DNA of 64,000 nucleotides from the human T2T-CHM13v2.0 reference genome, Homo sapiens. Shown piece by piece: positions 46,549-62,050 of this stretch (the first letter of the stretch is position 1; each line of letters opens with the position of its first letter). The translations under genes were made by a program, and so were the position numbers. The notes beneath the pieces are model-generated. The model saw only the letters and a list, made by a program, of their open reading frames with translations. It ran no database searches and was not told the origin of the DNA. The stretch is taken from the NCBI RefSeq assembly GCF_009914755.1, contig NC_060934.1; one strand, written 5' to 3'.

Positions 46549-47630
46549 AAAAGTAAGCCCTAACTATATGCTGCCTACTATTATCCACTTTAAGTGAAAA
46601 GACACAAATATGATTAAAGGATATTAAAAGCTATAAAACTTTAGTATGCTAATATTAGTACCCTCTCAAAAAAACCAAGGGTGTCTATATTAGTATCAGA
46701 AAATGATTTCAAAACAAAGAATATGACCAAGAATAAAGATGACCATTTTATAATAATACAGATTACAGGCATGAGCCACTCTGCCTGGTCCAGTTGTTTT
46801 TTAATTGCAAAAGAAATTCAGTGAGAAAAGAGCAAACAGTTTTTTCAATAAATAATGCTAATATGCCCTCCAAATGAACTTTGATTCATAATTAGTATCA
46901 TAAAAAAGTTTACTCGAATGGGTCATAGACTAAAAGTGAAAAACCAAAAATTATAAAACTTCAGAAGAAAGCATGAAATCCTTGAGACCATGTGTTAGGC
47001 AAATATTTCTCAGATATGCAACCAAAAACACAATTCATTAAAAAAATAAATTGGACTTCACCAGCGTTAAAAACTTCTGCTCTTCAAAAGATACAGTTAA
47101 GAGAATGAAAGACTAGCTACAGACGGGGAGAAAATATTTGCAAATTACACATATGGTAAGCAACCAGAATGTATACAGAACTCTCAAAACCCAATGATAA
47201 GAAAACAACCTAATTAAAAAGTGGTCAAAAATGTGAACACTTTGCCCGAGGAGTTATACAGCTGATATACAAGCACATAGGATGTCCACATCATTAATCA
47301 TTAGAAAAATTGAAATTGAAATCATAAGATACCATGACATACCTGTTAGAATGTCTAAAATCAAAAAGACTGGCCATACCAAGTGTTGGCAAGGATGCTT
47401 TCCTATACAGCTGGTGGGAATGCAAAAATGGCACACTTTGGAAAACGATCTGGCAATTTTTTAAAAAGTTAAAGGTACACATACCGTATGATCCAGCCAT
47501 TCACTCCTAGGTATTTACCTAAGAGAAGAGGAAGCAAATGTCCACCCAATGACTTGTACATGAATGTTCGTAGCAGCTTTATTTGTAACAACCCAAACCG
47601 GAAATAAATATTCATTAACAAATGAAAGGA

Positions 47631-47939
<309 letters not shown>

Positions 47940-49884
47940 GAAAGGATAACCAAATTATGATAATTTCATACAACGGACTACCACTCAGAGATAAAAGAGT
48001 TGATTGAGCCACATAAGAATGTGAATTAATACGAAAATAAGTAAGCTGAGTGAAGGAAGCCAAACAAAAAAACCAAGTACTTACTGTAGGAACCCATTTT
48101 TCTTAAGTTCTAGAAAATGAAAACTTATCTATATTGACAGAAAGCAGACCAGTGATTGGCCCAGGCAGAGTGGGGCAGGAGACAGGGATTATGTAAGGGT
48201 ACCAGGAAACTGTGGGTGATCAACATTTTGGTTTGGTAATAGTTTCATGTGTATGTGTGGGTGTAGGCATATATATGTCAAAATCTATCAAAGTGTACAC
48301 CTTAAAATGTGCATGTGTATGTCAATTATTCCTTAAAGCTGTCAAGATCTCTTAAAATTAAAAAAAAATTGAAATAAGAAAAGCATTTGATGTACATATG
48401 ATATTAAAGTTAAACATGATGAACTAAACTCTGACTTACTGGACCCCTTCAGTAATCATGAACTTCTTTCTCACTTTACAGGAGAAATACAAATAAAAAT
48501 TAAAAAGCCAATCAGAAACAAGTCTGTTTATTACTCTATATGTAGTATATATTCATCGATACCAATTGGTTCTATTAAATTATTTAATAGCATATCACCT
48601 AGTAAACTCTTCTCGGCACTCCAAGGAATGTCTGGAATGGGAGAAAAACACTCAAAACTACAGCGACATTAAGAGTTTTAATTAACAGGAAATATATTTA
48701 GATAAAACATTAAGTATATGGGCACTTAATGAGTGTTTCTAGGTGACCTTAGTATCTAAAATCCGTTTACTTGACTCACAAACATTAACAGTATTTTTTT
48801 GTCCCTGTGCTAGGCTTCAAAAACGATGGGTGTGTTTGCGTCTGGGATCATCTTTCTGGCTCTCTGGAACGCCAGTACATGTACTGAGCCTAGGAGGCAG
48901 CTAGCCTGTTGGCTGTACCAATTCAGCAGTTCCAATTGAACTGCTCTCCACTCACTCTGCCAATGCTGGACATACTTCTGATTGTATTTGTCTGCAATCT
49001 CTTCAATTTCCTGCCTTTCAGAAAGTTATAAGCCATGATGTAGCTTTCACTTGCCTGGTATAGACATTTGCAAAAACAAATCCAATGACACCATGGGGAA
49101 AGAAGCTTGATGCCTTTAATAGGTGCTCATCAGTCTTCTAGTTGATCACTTTTTCTGTCCTAGGAAAGGGCTTGCCTTGATGAATTTTTTTCCTGCAATT
49201 TATTCTTCCCCATTACTCTCCTTTGCTACAGTTTTGTTATAATTAGCAAATAACTTGGATATCTCTTAGACTTCTCATATTTTCCACATAGTTTCCAACA
49301 AATCTGCATCCATATTCACAAATTTGTAATGATACAAATCCCTGGGCTGATACATTTGAAAAGGAAGTCTGTGCAAAATCATAAAGAGAATAGGATTGAA
49401 TATTCCTATCACACTGTATTGGAGGGGATTGATTAACACATTTAGAAGAGATTCTTACCTCTTCTAAAACACAAGCTGATTTTTCAACATAAGTGGATCA
49501 GGAAATCCTTGTTGACCTCTTACCAGTATTTAAACACAAACCCTTTTGAAACTTGCTCTTCCTTTGGCTTCTAGAACTCCTGGTTAACCTCTTAACTTCT
49601 CCAGTCTAGTCTGACAGCTCTTCCTAGTTTACATGCCCCAAAAGTGAAAATGTAGATATTTCCCAGGGCTCTCTAAACTCTCTGCCAAAAACATCTCATC
49701 CACCCTCATTAATGGCTTAATACCCCCTGCTGAATTTCTGAATCTCTCCACTCTCCACTCTCCACTCTGGAATTGCACAGTCTGGCAAGGAAACCGCTAG
49801 CCACTAGTGAGCACTTAAAATGTGGCTGGTGCAAACCGAGACATACTAGAAAACACACAAGAGATTTTGAAGACTTGGGTACAA

Positions 49885-50148
49885 AGGCCGAGGTGGGTGG
49901 ATCACCTGAGGTCAGGAGTTCGAGACTAGCCTGGCCAACATGGTGAAACCCTGTCTCTACTAAGAAGACAAAAATTAGTCGGGCATCATGGCGGGTGCCT
50001 GTAATCCCAGCTACTCAGGAGGCTGAGGCAGGAGAATCGCTCGAACCCAGGAGGCGGGGGTTGCAGTGAGCCGAGATTGAGCTATTGCACTCCAGCCTGG
50101 ACGACAAGACCGAAACTCCGTCCCAAAAATAAATAAATAATAATAATA
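49885..50148 (+). mobile_element. AluS, 5'-truncated
   Basis: Starts at aggccgaggtgggtggatcacctgagg. Confidence 0.9.
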
Positions 50149-50209
50149 TAAAGTATCTTAAGTAATTTTTATATTGATTATATGTTGAAATAACAATATT
50201 TTGGATATA

Positions 50210-50634
50210 CACCATGTACCCTTGAACAACAAAAGTTTAAACTGCACGAGTCCACTTATATGTGGATTTTCTTCAGCCTCTGCCACTCCTGAGACAGCGA
50301 GACCAACTCAACTTCTTCCTCCTCCTCTTCAGCCTACTCTACGTGAAGATGACAAGGATGAAGACCTTTATGATGATCCACTTCCATTTAATAAACAGTA
50401 AATATATTTTCTCTTCCTTATGATTCTCATAACACTTTTCTTCCTCTAGCTAATTTTATTGTACTAATACATAATACATATAACATACGAAATATGTATT
50501 AATCAACTGTTGATGTTTTTGGTCAACAGTAGGCTATTAGTAGTTAAGTTCTGGGGCAGTCAAAAGTTATATGTGGATTTTGACAGTGTAGTGGGTCATG
50601 ACCCCTAACTCCTGCATTGTTCAAAGGTCAAGTG
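50210..50634 (+). mobile_element. Tigger2a-like DNA transposon
   Basis: Reverse-orientation homolog of 28640-29318; TA flanks. Confidence 0.85.
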
Positions 50635-51858
50635 TATTGGGTTAAATATATTACTAAAATTAATTTCACTGTTTCCTTTTATCTTTTCTTAAAGTGTGAC
50701 TGCTAGAAAATTTAATATTACATACATGGCTTATGTGACATTTCTGCTGGGCAGCGCTGCTTTACACCTAAAATTCAAACTGACTATTCAAACTGAACAC
50801 ATTAGAAACTGAACTCATTATATTTCAGACCCTGCTCCGTCACTGTCAGGATAGAATAAACCTTAGCCTTCAGGAGACAGATACACCGCATTACATCGGC
50901 CACTGCTGTTGAGGAAATTGTCTAACAAAGCAGCTAATCCTAGGATCAATTACTTATGAATAGGCGACACGGTGACTCTGGTCATTGTTAAAGAGCCTGT
51001 CAACATTCACTCATTGGCAGCTGCAGCAGGAATGTTTGTACAACTGGAAAATAACAAGCATTTGACGAGAAGTCGGCAGCAGGAATTAGGAACAAAGACA
51101 GCCAGGGTTTTGCCAAAATACTGGATAAAATTTACATGCATTCGAAGTCAGAAATGTTAGCAGTCACACATGTAGTTGTGACACATTCTCTGCAGGTAAT
51201 TGAACCACCCTGATGTGCCAAAATTTTTTGCATTACCTGGCTCGTGAAATCTTCCTCTTCATCTAGGCTGAAATCTGGAATCATTTTTTTTACTATGCTT
51301 TCCTTTATTCCCATATCCAAGCAAATATCAAATTATGATTCTACCAACACCCAGTATGCCACACCCACATTTTTTTCCTCCTTAAAGAAAACCAGAGAAA
51401 GGAAACACAGGTTGTTATGCTTCCCCCATGACCCCACAAGTTCTGGGGCTCAGAACAGAGTAGGAAGAAGAGGTCGAGAGAGACAATCTCCAGGTTGCAT
51501 ATTTCTGCTGGTAACACAGCATGGTAAGGTCTGCCTCTATGTTATTGCAGAGTAATTTACAAAAAAGTACCCTGTTCTTTACAGTTTTCCTCCAGTAGGA
51601 GTAACAGGTTGTTGGAAATGCAAACAGACTAAAGAGAAAGGCCCCCAAGAAACCCAAGGATAATCTGGGAAAGGCTCTAGAACACAACAGACACAATTTT
51701 CCTTCTTTGCTTTTTTCTTTTCTGTCCTTCACTCTAATCTTTCTTATTGCCTTTCTTTTTCTAATTCTAAAGTTTCTCTTTACAGAAACTTTCCTAACTG
51801 TGTGGGTGGGCAAACACAGTTTGGTCACTTTACACGGTAGGATAATATTCATAAATGA

Positions 51859-52222
<364 letters not shown>

Positions 52223-53326
52223 TAAGACTGCATACTTAGGTTGTGCAAGTCCCTGTTCAATAAAAGTATGCATAATTTTAAATTAGAAATATCTTCCTTT
52301 TTGAAATGGGAACGCAGTCATATTGAGACAATGGCCTTTTTAGCATTCCTGAACAACTTGAAGTTAATGGTCCAATATGTTTTTTATAGTTTACTTTTAA
52401 ACATTGTTACTTAGTTTAAAAGATGCTTTGGCCAGATTTTTGCTTGAAGAAACTAATCTGGCCTAATTTACATGCCATAAAAACAGATTTATAATGGAAA
52501 GGTTGACACATTCAAACATATATTGAGTTTAATTTCAGAAAAATTAACATCATATTCTTCTACTGGAATAGATTTCAAGAATTAATTAAAATAATTGCCT
52601 CAAAAATTGCCAATTGGTATTTTAAGAGTACTATTCCTCCTAAGATGTTTCATATCTAGCATATCTAGATTTGACTAGATATGACTAACTGGGGTTTTTA
52701 ACTCTTTGCTAAACCAACAAGTCCACTTTGGGCATCTGTTTTAAGATGTAAATGCATCTGGTTGTCATAGGCTCCAAATGAAGGTAATAAGCAGTAAAAT
52801 TATATTGTACAAGGAAACAGGCTATAGAAAAGAACTAATATTTTAAATCAATTTTTCCTAATACATGTGAGCTGTTCATGTACTCTAAGTATTTTTATAC
52901 TTATTGCCAGCAAAATATTCTAGTTGGTTTGCAATGTGTAGGTAAGTTAGAGTCTCTTTACAGAAACTTTCCTGTCTACTGATGCACAGATTTAAACAAA
53001 CAAACAAACAAACAAACATGTCTTTGAATCTATCTATTGTTGTTATGGTTTAGACTAACAAGCTCCATCTAGTTATTGTTTCAGCCAGTTCCTTTGGTGT
53101 TTAGTTGGTGCCTATGGTTGCCTCTATCCTTTATTATTTATGTGTTAAGTAAACACTATAGCCAATAGAATTGTGAGTACTACTGCTTGTCCATATGCTG
53201 TACATTTTCTTTCATCAAAAATCAAATTATGGAATGATTATTTTACTAAGTACATTTCTATGCTTTAATTTAGAAAAATTCTATCTCCATACAACTTTTC
53301 TGCAGCATAAATCATCATAACACACT

Positions 53327-53707
<381 letters not shown>

Positions 53708-53781
53708 TTAGTGATGCCTAAGTTTCTTTCCAGGCTACATTTACCAAACTTGGACTAAACCACAAAGTCATTCAACTGTAC

Positions 53782-54003
53782 CTTTACTGCACCATTCTCA
53801 TGCATGGTGATGCAGTTATCGGCGTCTTCTGAGAGTTGGTACAAGGCCTGAGCTGTCGCCCGATGCATGTTGGTGTCATTTGATTTCAGATAACGCACTA
53901 GTGGAGCCACTGCTTTGTGCTCACCGAAGGCCACTCTATTCCTGCCCCACATACAGCAACGTGAAATAGCTTCTGCTAGATGATGTCTCAATTTATTGTT
54001 ATT
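53782..54003 (-). CDS. ODAD2: ODAD2/ARMC4 penultimate coding exon (74 codons, [74 protein letters not shown])
   Basis: Acceptor ttttcccttgcacAG|AAT at 54005-54004, donor AAG|GTacag at 53781-53780; 222 bp, phase 0-0; continues the frame of the upstream exon. Confidence 0.96.
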
Positions 54004-54161
54004 CTGTGCAAGGGAAAATGAAATGGGATCTGTGCATTGTAATGACCCTGCAAGATCATGTCTATAAGCACTTTATGTTTATTAACCATTAAGACACCAA
54101 TGAGTCTAGAGAAAAGGGCTAGCTGGCTGACTACCTAGGTGATGTTTTGAAGGAACTAGTC

Positions 54162-54447
54162 TTTTTTAGATGGAGTCTCACTCTGTTGCCCAGGCTGAAG
54201 TGCAGTGGTGCCATCTCAGCTCACTGCAAGCTCGGCCTCCTGGATTCAAGTGATTCTCATGCCTCAGCCTCCCAAGTAGCTGAGATTACAGGTGCCCGCC
54301 ACCACACCTGGCTAATTTTTGTATTTTTAGTAGAGAAGGGGTTTCACCATGTTGGCCAGGCTGGTCTTGAACTCCTGGCCTCAAGTGATCCACTCACTTT
54401 GGCCTCCAAAAGTGCTGAGATTACAGGCGTGAGCCACTGCACCCAGC
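54162..54447 (-). mobile_element. AluS
   Basis: TSD tgaaggaactag(t/a)ctttt at 54148-54165 and 54448-54465. Confidence 0.92.
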
Positions 54448-55551
54448 TGAAGGAACTAGACTTTTGGTGGGTCACCAACAGACCAACGTTCAATCTTGAG
54501 TTTTCTTCTTATGAACTGAATGTAGTCAGTGCACTCAAAGGTGACCAAGCATCTGACATCAGTCATTAGCTCAAGGCTAGATTTTCTTTAGAGTGAGTCT
54601 ACTACACAACGCAAAATTACAGATCAGCAAGTTATTTTGTAATCCAAATATTTATAGAATATTAGATATCCTTAAAGGGATACTGCACTTAACTGGGATA
54701 AGTGGATTGACTGGATTTCTCCACCCTAGGAATACATTGATATCAGTAATACACCTTGGTTGCCTTGGCTCCTGAGAGGGAGAAGAGAGTGCAGCAAATC
54801 CGAAGACACATTTTGGGTCTTCCATTTTCCTTTCTGTATTTTTTGATGCAGACGATATCCTTCTTTGTATACGTAATTGCCCTGTAATGGGCATACTATT
54901 ACTGAATCGGATGGTTTTGTGTTTATTAAGAGTACTGCTCTCTTGATTCAGGCAACAACTTGGTGTCCTTAACTGAATCTGACAGATATTCTTAGGAACT
55001 CAAAGTCTTCTAGACCAAGCATCCTTCCAGGGTTTGAATTTCTGCTCTATGACTTTTCTGCCAAGTGGTAGTCCAAGCTATGCTCAAATACCTCTGGTCA
55101 TGGTGAAGTCATTGTCTCTCAAGGCTGCTTATTCTGTCTGGCACAGCTCTGGATAAACAATGAAATGATTGCCAAAGTCTTCTAGCTCAAGAATGCCATC
55201 GACTGAAGCTTGCTAAACTGGGGAGGCACATTTGATTTCTAACGTTGGCATGAAGAACCATCGAGAATCATAACCATGATGGTGGCGGTGAAGATGATAG
55301 TTAACACTTACATAATAGCACTTGTATTTGCCAGTTTACTTGCCAGTGGCAAATAAAAAACAGCTTCTATTTTACAAGGATCTTGTAATACTAACATTTT
55401 ATAGTTTAAAATACGCTTTCACATATATTAGTCTCAGAGAAACTAAATGAGTTGACCAAATCTCATACCTCATAAGCAATGGGTATTAAACTTGAATCCA
55501 GGTTTCTGGACTGCAAATGCATTGTTTTCATCACTACACCATGATATCTCA

Positions 55552-55779
<228 letters not shown>

Positions 55780-56082
55780 CTAGACAAAAATAAAAGTAAA
55801 GATGGTATCAAAACTAAACCTACATTTAGGCATTTTTTAAGAGGCAGAAAGTAACAATACAGCTGTGAGGTACATCTTTGGCATGAAAGACTACTTCAAC
55901 TTAATTTATTTCTATATTATATATTATTTCTACATGTATATGTATAAAGTGTGTGTGTGTACATATGTATAAGTCTATATACATATGTAGCACATATAAA
56001 AATTCAGTTTCAAAAAATATTTATTGAATATTACAGGAGAGTCACTGTGTTAGCTACTGAGGATATCAAAGTTATTAAAGTA

Positions 56083-56716
56083 CAGTTGATTCTTACTATT
56101 TGTGGTAGCTTTGTTCTATAAAGTAATTGCAAACACTGAATCAGCCAATACTAAACTTTTTCTCTTAGGAGAAACATAGGACTAGGTTCCTGCAAGCCTC
56201 TGGCTACAACATTTTCATCAGTTGATGGATACATAACCTTGTTTTATGTGTATTTCTGTTTGAAGACACCTGATTTCATATATATTGTTCATTCATTCAT
56301 ATTGAACTCATGGCCAACAGCATTATAGCTCATGCAATGGAGCTTATTTAACACAGATATTTTCTCTTTCAGGCACACCACAGCCTTCTTGCCCTTACAA
56401 ACCATAGGCAGCACCTCAGCACCACATCTGGGGGCCACTGTGAACAGTGAAATAACCAACAAAAAGCACAAAAATCCAAAAATTATGGCACTAAATGGAC
56501 TGCAAAATGGACACTTGCTTACAGTATGAGAAATGAAACAAGAAGGCAGAGAATCGCCTTCTTCAGCCTCAGCTGAGAACGTGTGCATTGGACGACTCAA
56601 ATTTTTCACTTCTCTGTGCATGTCCAAGAATGACCATATTGAGTAGGGGGTTACAAGTAAATTTGAGCAAGTAGGCAAATTCCCAAGGAGAATTTGTGAA
56701 TAATGTGGATCGACTT
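56083..56716 (-). mobile_element. MER82-like Tigger DNA transposon
   Basis: TA-flanked, TIR-like cagttgattct...ggatcgact; minus strand retains a transposase N-terminal HTH remnant (KKAVVCLKEKISVLNKL...SYNAVGHEFNMNE). Confidence 0.8.
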
Positions 56717-57519
56717 TATATATTCTTTTGCCATGATGTTGCCTACAACTGGTGGGGAAGATGGGCATTAAGAAATTACAAGTATAACAAATAGCACTGG
56801 AGGGAGGAGGAGATGAAGAGACTACAAATCCATACAATGAGGAAACCTCAACTAATATAAAGGTTCAAGGGCTGACTCCCCAAGGCCTAAGGGACAAAAA
56901 GTTATCCAGCGTGAAAGGGATTCTGGTTGGACAAATCATCATGTTGCACAGATCTGACAGCGAGAGAGAAGGTGATTTTTTTTTTTTCTAGTTCAGAATG
57001 ACTGGAGCACAAAATAAGAAAGGCAGCATGGGAGAAAGTGAGACTTAAGAGGTGAGATCTTGAAGGGTCTCACCTTTAAGATCCTTCAGGGAGCATCTTG
57101 GTAAAGGGTTTGGAGTTCATTTTTAAGGGCATTGGAAAGCCCCTGAAGAGGCTGAAGTGTGGGGGAAGGATTTTTATCAATTTTTTATCTTAGAAGATTT
57201 CTCAGAATTACAGGGTGCAGGGTTGGAGTGGGTGCAAAGAATGGTATAGGGAACACAGGGGCTATTTCGCTAGACCACATGGGAAGTGGTGATGGTTTGG
57301 GGGAGGGTGGTGGTCTATGCCTGGAGAGAAGATTGTGGATTTGGGAAGCTTGCTTGGAGAAGATAGAGATGAGTGATTTGAGATGATTCCCACGTCTCTG
57401 GCTCAACTTAGTAGGGCTAATGTTGGAAGAGCTGGGTTTGGTTTGACTTGGTTTGGTTTTCTTGGGGTGGCATATGATATTAGAAGACCTAATTTGAATG
57501 AAGTACCCACAGACATTTA

Positions 57520-58038
<519 letters not shown>

Positions 58039-58159
58039 TCAGTTAAACCTCACAGGAATCATGCAAAATGGGTATTATTTCCATTTTAGGTTTTTAAAAG
58101 TGAGGCTCAAAGAGGTTGAACCTTATAAAATAGATTGTATCCCTCATGAAGGTAGGCAC

Positions 58160-58890
58160 CATGTGTTACTCAACTGAGTGATCATTAGAAACCGTAAATC
58201 TGATGATCCCATCTCCATACCCACCAAATTCTTCCACAGCAACCCCTGCCCTTAGGATAAAATTCAAACTCCACAACGTTGTTTGCAAACCTTTCAAGGT
58301 GCACCCCTGGTTTATCTCTCCAGCCTCAACTTCCCTGCCTTGACACCTCTTCTCCAACCTCCCCCACATATACCCTGAGCCAGTGGCTCTCTATGTGAGC
58401 TAATAATAAGAACCCTGGCACTCATTCCCTGAGAATGTGATTCATTAAGTCTGGGTGAGGTCCACTAAAATATTTGTATTTTTAAAAACTCTCCAGCCAG
58501 TAGAGGGAACACTACTTTATGAATTAGTCCTTCAGTTTTCATGTCCTCAAATGTGCATGTCTCCACAAGTCTGCACAAACCTTTTCTGTCTGTCTTCCTG
58601 TTAGCTTGGGAATTCCTACACATCTTCAGCTGCCAACTAAGGTATGCTCTTCTTCAGGAAACCTTTCCTGAACCTCAAGTCTGGGTTAAGTGGCATCTTC
58701 CATAATACCTGGTTCTCCTGTATGACAGCACCTATCACTGCACATAGTTGTGGTTTCTTTGTTTGTCTTTGACCCTGAACTGTAAGTCCCAGGAGGGTGA
58801 GGACTCTTGCTGTCTCATTCATTGTTGAATGCCTGGTACCTATGCCAGTTTCTAGCAGTTAGTAGATACTCAACTAACATTCATTGAATT
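58160..58890 (+). mobile_element. L2 3' end (interrupted)
   Basis: aaatctgatgatccca...ccttaggataaaattcaaactcc and gtagatactcaactaacattcattgaat. Confidence 0.65.
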
Positions 58891-59664
58891 TGATTGTTTG
58901 CAAACTCATAGCCTTAAAAGAAAGCTTTCACTGTGGTTACAACAAACCAAACTAAACTCCTACTAAATGGTGAAGGCAGGACACGAGTCAGGTTCTATGC
59001 AAGTGTGAGGGCGAAGCCACTTTCTCTCTGTAACACGTTGCCTTACCTGATTGCTGAGAGAAGTGACAGCAGCAATATTGGTGGGCTGGTTCTCAATAGT
59101 AAATCTAAATACAATTTCTGATAGTTAGGACATACTTCTAAATTCTGATGTATTCATAAGCTTATTTGGAAAAATAGTTAATTGCCATTCTTTGTAAAAT
59201 TCTACAATAAAGATTTCTGTGTAATACAAAAGAAATGATTATATTTTCAATTGTCTTCTATACTGTCACTTTATTACACTTCTATGCATTAGGATGCTCT
59301 CAAATCAAAATACTATAAACATGAATGTATTAACCTTGAAATATCCAACACTGTTTAATCCTAATTACCCTTTGAGGCAGTTAGTGGTGGTAGATGGAGC
59401 TTTAGTATTTGCATGTCATAGATGAAGAAAACCCAGAGGAATAAATTAACATGTAAAAGGTAAAATGACAGAGTGGCAGAAGCAGGATTTGATTCCAGAT
59501 CTGTCTGACCCCAGAGCCCCCTCACAATATTGTGATTTGTAAATCCTAACCATATACTTGGCTCAAATGAGGCCATGCACATGTAAATTCAAAAGCAAAA
59601 ACAGGGGCTCTTAGAATTTCAGGGGACTTCAAAAGCATAGCCCCAAAGCTCAACTTTTCCAAGG

Positions 59665-60095
59665 ATCATCTTGGTCCAATTGTGTTACTATGAAGGGATA
59701 CTTTATAAATTACTGGGTAATTTATAAAGAAGATAAGTTTATTTGGCTTATGGTTCTGCAGGCTTTACAAGAAACATGGTGCCAGCATCTGCTTCTGGTG
59801 AGGGCCTCAGGAAGCTTCCACTCATGGTAGAAGGTGAAAGGAAGTAGGCATCACATGGTAAAAGAAAGGAAGCAAGAGAGGGGAGGGAGGTGCCAGACTT
59901 TTTAAAAGACTTTTAACAATCAGTTCTGGTGGGAACTAATAGACCAAGAAGAACTCACTCATTACAAAGCTGGCACCAAGGCATTCATAAGGGATCAGCC
60001 CCCATGACCCAAACTCCTCCCATTAGACCCCACTCCAACACTGGGGATCAAATTTCAACATGAGATTTGGAGGGGAAAATATCCGAACTATCTCA
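59665..60095 (-). mobile_element. MSTB-like MaLR solo LTR
   Basis: ggttctgcaggct...catctgcttctggtgagggcctcaggaagctt...tttcaacatgagatttggagggg. Confidence 0.85.
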
Positions 60096-60842
60096 ATGAT
60101 GTTATAGATGTCAATAGTCTCATACATTTGTCAATGACAAAATCACAGAACTTCTTTTTTTTTTCTCAAGAAAACCGGGAGGAATTCTGGACAGATGATA
60201 GTGGCAAAGTGTTTGAATCTCATTCTCCCTATGAAAACAGTGCAGATAGTAGAGCAAAACAAAAAACACAATGGACAATATACACCATAGTAGGTGAACA
60301 AGATACCCACAACTGACCCCAAAGCACAAGCAGACTTGGAGGGACAAACTAGCAACCACAGTGGGAAGGCAGAGGCATTTGTGAAGGTCTTGAGAGCCAA
60401 GAAACCCCAAAGGGCCATGAAGTTCTCACTGGAAAGTTCCAGAACAGCAGCAGAAGCAGCTGCGAATGGACTTTTCAGGCTGTGATGAACGGATAAGACT
60501 ACAATGCCACAAAGTCTGATGGTGCTGGGGTGTTCTGTTAGGCCTGAGTTCCATGAATTGGTAAAACTACAAACTGAAGCCTTTTCTGGGACAAAGCCAT
60601 GCACAGAAGAGAAACTACACGGAATAGCATCATCCAAATTGAGCAACGCAGAGACACTGGGATGAAGGACTAAGAAAGTTCAGATAAAAAGGGAGGGTGG
60701 AAGCAGAGGGGCCAGAATGCACCCTGCATCACTGTGAAGATGACAATGGAATCCTGGGAATCAAGAAAGTAGCAGTGCCATCCTAGTCCACATCTCCCTT
60801 CTAAAAGACCAGGAAAACTCATTTCACTTACAAATAAGCAAG

Positions 60843-61161
<319 letters not shown>

Positions 61162-61198
61162 TCAATTTCCATATACAGTTATTATAAGAAATAAAAAA

Positions 61199-62050
61199 CA
61201 TGAACAAACACTTCTCAAAAGAAGACATTTATGCGGCCAACAAACATGAAAAAAAGCTAAATATCACTGACTGTTAGAGAAATGCTAATCAAAATCACAA
61301 TGAGGTATCATCTCATGCCAGTGAGAATGACGATCATTAAAAAGTCAAGAAACAACATGCTTGTGAGTCTGTGGAGAAATAGGAATACTTGTACACTGTT
61401 GGTGGGAGTGTAAATTAGTTTAACCATTGTGGAAGACAGTGTGGTGATTCCTCAAGGATCTAGAACCAGAAATAAAATTTGACCTAGAAATCCCATTACT
61501 TGGGTATATACCCAAAGGAATATAAATCGTTCTATTATAAAGACACATGCACACATATGTTTATCGCAGCACTATTCACAATAGCAAAGCCATGGAATCA
61601 ACCCAAATGCCCATCAATGATACACTGGATAAAGAAAATATGGTAGATATATACACCATGGAGTATTATGCAGCCATAAAAAGGAATGAGATCATGTTCT
61701 TTGCAGGGACATGGATGAAGCTGTAAGCCATCATCCTCAGCGAACTAACACACGAACAGAAAACCAAACAACACGTGTTCTCACTCATAAGTGGGAGCTG
61801 AACAATGAGAACACATAGATACAGGGAAGGGAATAACACACATTGGGGCCTGCTGGGGCACGGAGGGAGGGAGAGCATCAGGATAAATAACTAAGGCATG
61901 CAGGGCTTAATACCTAGGTGATGGGTTAATAGGTGCAGCAAACCACCATGGCACACATTTACCTATGTAACAAACCTGCACATTCTGCACATGTATCTTG
62001 GAACTTAGAATAAAATAAAATAAAATAAAAATAAATAATAAAATAAAATT
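61199..62050 (+). mobile_element. L1PA 3' fragment (older PA subfamily)
   Basis: ORF2 end and 3'UTR (gggcttaatacctaggtgatggg...) with (TAAAA)n tail. Confidence 0.9.

Larger units (their letters stand above)
49775..50759. mobile_element. MER33-like hAT-Charlie element split by an Alu and a Tigger2a
   Basis: gctagccac...gagcacttaaaatgtggct start and ctagaaaatttaatattaca...gggcagcgctg end. Confidence 0.7.

Noticed and set aside
52656-52684. Short hairpin catatctag-N6-ctagatatg as a small RNA
   Set aside because: A 9-bp AT-rich stem is expected by chance in 64 kb and is too short for a pre-miRNA.
56289-56837. 182-aa ORF ending in a transposase-like HTH as a domesticated gene
   Set aside because: Only a short degenerate remnant inside a MER82-like element; no DDE domain, and the upstream part is not protein-like.
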